A DNA stretch of 12,214 bases from a virus: the UHGV virus genome UHGV-1821312. One strand, 5' to 3'. Both the position numbers and the translations under genes were made by a program. The notes under the pieces were generated by a model that did no database searches, was not told the DNA's origin, and saw only the letters and a program-made list of their open reading frames with translations. Positions 7,012-12,214 of the stretch are shown piece after piece (position 1 is the first letter of the stretch; every line of letters starts with the position of its first letter).

Positions 7012-7012
7012 A

Positions 7013-7390
7013 ATGAAAAAGAAATTAATCAGCGGGCTGTTTCTGATGTTATGGATGGGGCTGTTGATCGCAACAATGATGTATCCGCAGGGGATTTTTC
7101 CGGTACTGGCAGCATCCGGCGTTTGGGTAGCCTGTCTGCTGACATGGGCAGTAATTCCGGTAGCACTGGCTGCGTTAATTAAGAACGGCCCGCTCTGGCA
7201 GGAGTTGAGGGCATCTTTGCTGAAGAGCATTACCCGAAAAGAAAACGTATTTATCAGCTGGGTGATGCGATTGCTGATTATCGTAAGTCTCGCCTGGACG
7301 GGGTGGGCCATTACCCTGGTCTTTTATCTGCTGACCGTTATTGCCTTCTGGATCACACGTAACCAGATGGCGCAACAGGTAGCCGCATGA
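7013..7390 (+). CDS. lysA: LysA-like polytopic membrane protein (lysis accessory), 125 aa from ATG at 7013
   Basis: Several hydrophobic helices (LISGLFLMLWMGLLIATMMY, VWVACLLTWAVIPVALAALI, LLIIVSLAWTGWAITLVFYLLTVIAFWI). Sits between endolysin and spanins as P2 lysA does. Its stop overlaps the lysB start (ATGA). Confidence 0.6.
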   Translation: MKKKLISGLFLMLWMGLLIATMMYPQGIFPVLAASGVWVACLLTWAVIPVALAALIKNGPLWQELRASLLKSITRKENVFISWVMRLLIIVSLAWTGWAITLVFYLLTVIAFWITRNQMAQQVAA

Positions 7391-7815
7391 ACCGGTTGCT
7401 GCTGGTTGTGCTGGCGTTATTACTGGCGACGCTGGGCTGGCAGAGGTGGCGGCTGGCTGATGCCAGCCAGACCATCAGCACGCAGGCAGACGAACTGCAG
7501 AGCAAAAGCCAGGCGCTGGCAAAGAGCAACAGCCAGCTTATCAGCCTGTCCATTCTGACTGAAACCAATAACCGAGAGCAGGCGCGGCTCTATGCCGAAG
7601 CAGAACAGACCATTGCACTGCTGAGACAACGACAACGCCGGATTGAGGAACTGAAACGTGAGAACGAGGATTTACGCCGCTGGGCTGATACTCCTTTGCC
7701 TGCTGACATTATCCGGCTGCGGAAACGTCCGGCATTTACCGGAGGTGCAGCTTACCGTCAGTGGTTGTCCGCGGGTAACGCCGTGTCGACTGGATCAGGC
7801 AGCGCCGCGCACTAA
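7387..7815 (+). CDS. lysB: i-spanin (LysB / Rz-like), 142 aa
   Basis: N-terminal membrane anchor LLLVVLALLLATLGW followed by a coiled-coil-like, charge-rich periplasmic domain. Contains the nested lysC reading frame. Confidence 0.75.
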   Translation: MNRLLLVVLALLLATLGWQRWRLADASQTISTQADELQSKSQALAKSNSQLISLSILTETNNREQARLYAEAEQTIALLRQRQRRIEELKRENEDLRRWADTPLPADIIRLRKRPAFTGGAAYRQWLSAGNAVSTGSGSAAH

Positions 7816-7948
7816 CGGTGATCTGAACGCGTTGCTGGATGAAACGGAGGCCGCCTGGGCGGTCTGTGCAGACAAAGTGGACATGATTATTGCATGTCAG
7901 GAGCGAAACAGTGAACAAACCACAATCCCTGCGCCACGCCCTCAATAA
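7658..7948 (+). CDS. lysC: o-spanin outer-membrane lipoprotein (LysC / Rz1-like), 96 aa, begins inside lysB in another frame
   Basis: GTG start at 7658 with GAGGA 8 nt upstream. Signal peptide plus lipobox MRTRIYAAGLILLCLLTLSG-C. Starts within lysB and runs past its end into the start of R, as described for P2 lysC. Confidence 0.7.
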   Translation: MRTRIYAAGLILLCLLTLSGCGNVRHLPEVQLTVSGCPRVTPCRLDQAAPRTNGDLNALLDETEAAWAVCADKVDMIIACQERNSEQTTIPAPRPQ

Positions 7949-8342
7949 AGCAGTGCCTTATGTCCGTAATAACCCGGACAAACTGCATCTGTTTGTGGAT
8001 AACGGTTCGCTGGTTGCCACGGGGGCCAACTCCATGTCATGGGAGTACCGCTACACCCTGAACGTGGTGATTGAGGATTTCAGCGGCGACCAGAATCTGC
8101 TGATGGCCCCGGTTTTGCTGTGGCTGCGGGATAACCAGCCCGATGCCATCAATAACCCGGCGTTACGGGAAAAGCTATTCACCTTTGAGGTGGATATTCT
8201 GCGCAACGATGTCTGTGATATCAGCCTTAACCTGCAACTGACGGAGCGTGTGCTGGTCAGCACTGACGGCAGTGTGTCGAACGTTGAAGCGGTAGCGGAA
8301 CCCGATGAACCTGAAGAAATGTGGACGGTGAAACGTGGCTGA
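7911..8342 (+). CDS. R: Tail completion protein, P2 gpR family
   Basis: Position and sequence fit gpR. I prefer GTG at 7911 (AGGAG 7 nt upstream) to the track's TTG start at 7890. Stop overlaps the S start. Confidence 0.8.
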   Translation: MNKPQSLRHALNKAVPYVRNNPDKLHLFVDNGSLVATGANSMSWEYRYTLNVVIEDFSGDQNLLMAPVLLWLRDNQPDAINNPALREKLFTFEVDILRNDVCDISLNLQLTERVLVSTDGSVSNVEAVAEPDEPEEMWTVKRG

Positions 8343-8781
8343 ATTGCAGAAGGTGGACGACTGGCTGAGTGCCTTGCTGGCGAATCTGGAGCCAGCTGCA
8401 AGAAGCCGCATGATGCGTCAGCTGGCGCAGGAACTGCGCCGGACACAGCAGCAGAATATCAGGATGCAGCGCAACCCTGACGGCAGCAGCTATGAACCGC
8501 GACGGGTAACAGCACGCAGTAAAAAAGGCCGCATCAAACGTCAGATGTTTGCGAAGCTGTGCACCACAAAATACCTGAAAACTGCCGCCAGCGCCGACTC
8601 TGCCAGCGTGCAGTTTGAAGGCAAGGTGCAGCGCATTGCCCGCGTTCATCACTACGGCCTGCGTGATCGCGTCAGTCGCAAAGGACCGGAGGTCCGTTAC
8701 GCAGAGCGCCGCCTGCTGGGTGTAAATGATGATGTTGAGGCAATGACCCGCGACATGATTCTGCAATGGCTGGCGGGGTGA
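8335..8781 (+). CDS. S: Tail completion / virion morphogenesis protein, P2 gpS family, 148 aa
   Basis: GTG start overlapping the end of R. Position and sequence character fit gpS. Confidence 0.8.
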   Translation: MAELQKVDDWLSALLANLEPAARSRMMRQLAQELRRTQQQNIRMQRNPDGSSYEPRRVTARSKKGRIKRQMFAKLCTTKYLKTAASADSASVQFEGKVQRIARVHHYGLRDRVSRKGPEVRYAERRLLGVNDDVEAMTRDMILQWLAG

Positions 8782-8784
8782 TCT

Positions 8785-8804
8785 TTGTATCAGCACTGAT
8801 ACAA
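8785..8804. promoter_or_regulatory. 20-bp near-perfect palindrome TTGTATCAG-CA-CTGATACAA containing TGT-N12-ACA (candidate late-promoter activator site for the V operon)
   Basis: Two 9-bp perfect inverted arms around a 2-bp centre, located in the 68-bp S-V intergenic region. Centre is ~55 bp upstream of the V ATG. Matches the dyad described for P2 late promoters. Confidence 0.5.
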
Positions 8805-8849
8805 GTTGCAGCACTGCCGCCTTTCTTCCCGTGATGGCAACCTTTCCCT

Positions 8850-9428
8850 ATGAACGCACAATTAACCGAAATCATGCGCCTTATCACCAACCTGATCCGC
8901 ACTGGTGTAGTCACCGAAGTGGACCGGGAAAACTGGCTTTGCCGGGTGAAAACGGGCGACCTTGAAACCAACTGGATTAACTGGCTGACGCTGCGCGCGG
9001 GTAATGCCCGCACATGGTGGAAACCATCGGAAGGTGAGCAGGTGGTGCTGCTGAGTCTGGGCGGCAATCTGGAGACTGCCTTTGCGCTGCCCGCTGTCTA
9101 TTCGAATCAGTTCGCACCACCGTCGACGTCGGCGGACGCCTGCGTGACAGAACATCCTGACGGTGGCTGGTTTGAATACGAACCCGCCACCGGGCGCTGG
9201 TATGTCAGGGGCATCAAATCCATGGTCATTGAGGCTGCCAACAACATCACCCTGAAAACCAGTGAGTTTGTGCTGGAGGCTGACCGCACGCGTATTAACA
9301 GCGAAGTGGTGATCAATGGTGGCGTTACCCAGGGCGGCGGAGCGATGAGTTCTAACGGGATCGTGGTTGATGCGCATCAGCATACTGGCGTTCTGAAAGG
9401 CGGTGACACAACCGGAGGCCCGGTATGA
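8850..9428 (+). CDS. V: Baseplate assembly / tail spike protein, P2 gpV family, 192 aa
   Basis: NLIRTGVVTEVD, CRVKTGDLETNWINWLTLRAGNARTWWKPSEGEQVVLLSLGGNLETAFALPAVYS and the C-terminal HQHTG...GGDTTGGP align well with gpV as I recall it. Confidence 0.88.
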   Translation: MNAQLTEIMRLITNLIRTGVVTEVDRENWLCRVKTGDLETNWINWLTLRAGNARTWWKPSEGEQVVLLSLGGNLETAFALPAVYSNQFAPPSTSADACVTEHPDGGWFEYEPATGRWYVRGIKSMVIEAANNITLKTSEFVLEADRTRINSEVVINGGVTQGGGAMSSNGIVVDAHQHTGVLKGGDTTGGPV

Positions 9429-9784
9429 CGCTTTATAGCGGGATGAACAATACCAGCGGCAAAGCCATTACTGATATTGACCATCTGCGCCAGTCGGTGC
9501 GGGACATTCTGCTGACGCCGCAGGGTAGCCGCATTGCTCGCCGTGAATATGGTTCCCTGCTGTCGGCACTGATAGACCAGCCACAAAATCCGGCGTTACG
9601 CCTGCAGGTCATGTCGGCAGTGTATGTGGCGCTGAGTCGCTGGGAGCCACGGCTGACGCTGGATTCCATCACCATCAACAGCCATTTTGACGGTTCAATG
9701 GTGGTGGAGCTGAGCGGGCGGCGTAATAACGGTGTGCCTGTTTCCCTTTCCGTATCAACAGGAGCAGAGAATGGCAGTGATTGA
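9425..9784 (+). CDS. W: Baseplate wedge protein, P2 gpW (gp25-like) family, 119 aa
   Basis: Start overlaps the V stop (ATGA). Size and position are canonical for gpW. Confidence 0.85.
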   Translation: MTLYSGMNNTSGKAITDIDHLRQSVRDILLTPQGSRIARREYGSLLSALIDQPQNPALRLQVMSAVYVALSRWEPRLTLDSITINSHFDGSMVVELSGRRNNGVPVSLSVSTGAENGSD

Positions 9785-10679
9785 CCTTTCGCAGTTACCT
9801 GCGCCGCAGATTGTGGATGTGCCGGACTTTGAGACGCTGCTTGCCGAACGAAAGGCAGAATTTGTGGCGCTTCATCCGAAAGATGAGCAGGAAGCAGTGA
9901 TCCGCACGCTGGAACTGGAATCTGAACCCGTCACCAAATTGCTGCAGGAGAACGCTTACCGTGAGTTGCTTCTGCGCCAGCGCATTAACGAAGCCGCGCA
10001 GGCTGTGATGGTGGCTTACGCGATGGGCGGCGATCTTGACCAGATCGCTGCCAACTACAACGTGAAACGCCTGACGGTGACGCCTGCTGATAATGACGCT
10101 GTGCCGCCCGTTGCAGCAGTGATGGAAAGCGATGAAGCGTTACGCCTGCGTGTGCCTGCAGCTTTTGAAGGGCTTTCAGTTGCGGGGCCAACTGCAGCTT
10201 ATGAATTTCATGCCCGAAGCGCCGACGGTCGGGTGGCGGATGCCAGTGCAACCAGCCCGGCACCTGCAGAGGTGGTGCTGACTGTCCTTAGCCGCGAAGG
10301 CGATGGAACTGCAGAAAAAGACCTGCTGGACGTGGTGGAAAAAGCTCTGAACAGTGAGAACGTCCGCCCGGTGGCTGACCGTCTTACGGTTCGCAGCGCA
10401 GAAATCATCCCGTATCGCGTGGAAGCCACCATTTTTCTCTATCCGGGACCGGAAGCAGAGCCGGTAATGGCAGCGGCAAAAGCCAGCCTGCAGAAGTACA
10501 TCGCCAGTCAGACGCGTCTTGGTCGGGATATTCGCCGTAGCGCCATCTTTGCCGCCCTGCATGTTGAGGGTGTGCAGCGTGTGGAGCTGGCTTCTCCTCT
10601 GGCGGATGTGGTCCTGAACAAAACGCAGGCGGCATCATGTACGCAGTGGAGCGTAACCAACGGAGGAACGGATGAATAG
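9771..10679 (+). CDS. J: Baseplate protein, P2 gpJ family, 302 aa
   Basis: ATG at 9771 with AGGAG upstream gives 302 aa, the length I recall for P2 gpJ. The track's start at 9732 lies inside W and is unlikely. Confidence 0.88.
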   Translation: MAVIDLSQLPAPQIVDVPDFETLLAERKAEFVALHPKDEQEAVIRTLELESEPVTKLLQENAYRELLLRQRINEAAQAVMVAYAMGGDLDQIAANYNVKRLTVTPADNDAVPPVAAVMESDEALRLRVPAAFEGLSVAGPTAAYEFHARSADGRVADASATSPAPAEVVLTVLSREGDGTAEKDLLDVVEKALNSENVRPVADRLTVRSAEIIPYRVEATIFLYPGPEAEPVMAAAKASLQKYIASQTRLGRDIRRSAIFAALHVEGVQRVELASPLADVVLNKTQAASCTQWSVTNGGTDE

Positions 10680-11277
10680 TCTGCTGCCACCGGGTTCAAC
10701 ACCACTGGAGCGCCGACTGGCGCAAACCTGCAGCGGGATTTCTGATCTGCAGGTGCCGCTGCGTGACTTGTGGAATCCGGCAACCTGTCCGGTCAGTTTC
10801 CTGCCTTATCTCGCCTGGGCGTTCTCTGTGGATCGCTGGGACGAGGGCTGGACAGAAAGCGTCAAACGCCAGGTAGTGAAGGATGCTTTTTATATTCATC
10901 AGCATAAAGGAACCACCAGTGCCGTGCGGCGGGTGGTGGAACCGTTCGGATTCCTGATCCGCATTATTGAGTGGTGGCAGACCGGAGAGGCTCCGGGCAC
11001 GTTTCGCCTGGATATCGGCGTGCAGGACCAGGGCATCACTGAAGATACCTATCTGGAACTTGAGCGACTGATAAGCGATGCCAAACCATGTAGCCGCCAC
11101 ATGATCGGCATGTCCATCAATCTGCAGACCAGCGGCCCGCATTGGGTGGGAGCCGCCAGCTATCTTGGCGAAGAAATCACGATCTATCCGTATATCAACG
11201 AAACAATTATTTCTGGCGGCACCGCGCATGAAGGCGGGGCGGTCCATGTTATTGACACAATGAGAGTGAATCCATGA
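10672..11277 (+). CDS. I: Baseplate / tail protein, P2 gpI family, 201 aa
   Basis: GGAGG 5 nt upstream of the ATG. Overlaps the J stop and the H start. Canonical position. Confidence 0.85.
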   Translation: MNSLLPPGSTPLERRLAQTCSGISDLQVPLRDLWNPATCPVSFLPYLAWAFSVDRWDEGWTESVKRQVVKDAFYIHQHKGTTSAVRRVVEPFGFLIRIIEWWQTGEAPGTFRLDIGVQDQGITEDTYLELERLISDAKPCSRHMIGMSINLQTSGPHWVGAASYLGEEITIYPYINETIISGGTAHEGGAVHVIDTMRVNP

Positions 11278-12174
11278 GCACAAAATTTTATACCCTGCTG
11301 ACGGATATTGGCGCGGCGAAACTTGCCAGCGCCGCCGCGCTCGGTGTGCCGCTAAAAATTACCCATATGGCGGTGGGCGATGGTGGCGGAACATTGCCGA
11401 CGCCGGACGCAAAGCAGAGTGCACTGGTAAATGAGAAACGTCGGGCTGCGCTGAATATGCTCTATATCGACCCACAGAACAGCAGCCAGATTATTGCTGA
11501 ACAGGTGATCCCTGAAAACGAGGGCGGTTGGTGGATACGTGAAGTGGGCCTGTTTGATGAGTCCGGGGCATTGATTGCCGTGGGAAACTGCCCGGAAAGC
11601 TATAAGCCGCAACTGGCTGAAGGTAGCGGGCGCACTCAGACCGTGCGCATGGTGCTGATTACCAGCAGCACGGACAATATCACCCTGAAAATCGACCCTG
11701 CTGTAGTGCTGGCAACCCGCAAGTATGTGGATGACAAGGCACTGGAGCTGAAGGTGTACGCGGATGATCAGATGGCAAAACATCTTGCCGCACCGGACCC
11801 GCATTCACAGTATGCACCCAAAGAAAGTCCGACGTTTACCGGGACACCCAAAGCGCCAACGCCAGCGGCGGGGAATAATACCACGCAGCTTGCGACCACC
11901 GCGTTTGTTCAGGCGGCACTCACGGCCCTTATTAATGATGCGCCAGCCACGCTGGACACGCTGAAAGAAATAGCCGCAGCCATTAACAATGATCCGAATT
12001 TCAGTACCACCATTAACAATGCGCTGGCACAAAAAGCGCCGCTGTCGAGTCCGGCACTCACCGGAACGCCAACAGCACCTACTGCGGCACAGTCGGTCAA
12101 CAATACACAGATTGCCACTACAGCTTTTGTGAAATCGGCGATTGCAGCAATGGTGGGGTCTGCACCTGCGGCAC
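11274..12174 (+). CDS. H: Tail fiber protein, P2 gpH family, N-terminal ~300 codons; 3' end cut off by the adapter
   Basis: My translation from ATG at 11274 (overlapping the I stop) gives MSTKFYTLLTDIGAAKLASAAALGVPLKITHMAVGDGGG...ESYKPQLAEGSGRTQTVRMVLI..., the conserved N-terminal domain of P2-type tail fibers. The frame runs without a stop into the adapter at 12175. Confidence 0.85.
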
Positions 12175-12214
12175 CTGTCTCTTATACACATCTCCGAGCC
12201 CACGAGACATGCGC
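12175..12214. other. Non-genomic library adapter at the 3' end (reverse complement of the 5' adapter)
   Basis: CTGTCTCTTATACACATCT at 12175..12193, then CCGAGCCCACGAGAC. Confidence 0.9.

Noticed and set aside
6941-7012. Upstream start for lysA at 6941, overlapping the end of the lysozyme gene
   Set aside because: It is a non-ATG start deep inside the endolysin gene. The ATG at 7013 follows a purine-rich RBS and begins the hydrophobic protein directly.
9732-9770. Upstream start for gene J at 9732
   Set aside because: It lies inside W. The ATG at 9771 has AGGAG upstream and gives the expected 302-aa product.
47-12174. Integrase, attachment site, tRNA, CRISPR array or known defense-island genes
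   Set aside because: None were seen. The window is a contiguous late operon block, and the P2 accessory hotspots lie outside it.
11805-12203. Minus-strand ORF of 132 aa (MGSEMCIRDR...)
   Set aside because: It starts inside the 3' adapter and is antisense to the well-supported tail-fiber gene. The arginine- and cysteine-rich translation is typical of a wrong-frame read.
1-12214. 40-nt perfect terminal inverted repeats at both ends of the window, superficially like transposon or IS ends
   Set aside because: They are the Nextera/Tn5 mosaic-end and read-2 adapter sequences, so they are a library artefact and not a mobile element.

Overview
This window is the late (morphogenesis and lysis) region of a P2-family temperate phage or prophage from an enterobacterial-type host, flanked at both ends by sequencing-library adapter. 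Gene order matches the P2 layout: portal Q (partial) and terminase P on the minus strand, then O-N-M-L-X, a lysis cassette (holin, endolysin, lysA, lysB with nested lysC), R-S, and V-W-J-I-H (H truncated) on the plus strand. The one gene that breaks P2 synteny sits between terminase and portal (358..1065, minus strand). It is a stand-alone 235-aa paralog of the terminase ATPase domain, AT-richer than its neighbours, tightly coupled to both of them, and changed at two presumed catalytic positions. I regard this pseudo-terminase as the best candidate for something undescribed; its function is unknown. Other observations are two TGT-N12-ACA late-promoter-type elements, a pinholin/SAR-endolysin-type lysis pair, and the adapter contamination. 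All homology calls are by eye and from memory of P2 proteins; no database search was run. No tRNA, rRNA, CRISPR array or integrase was seen.
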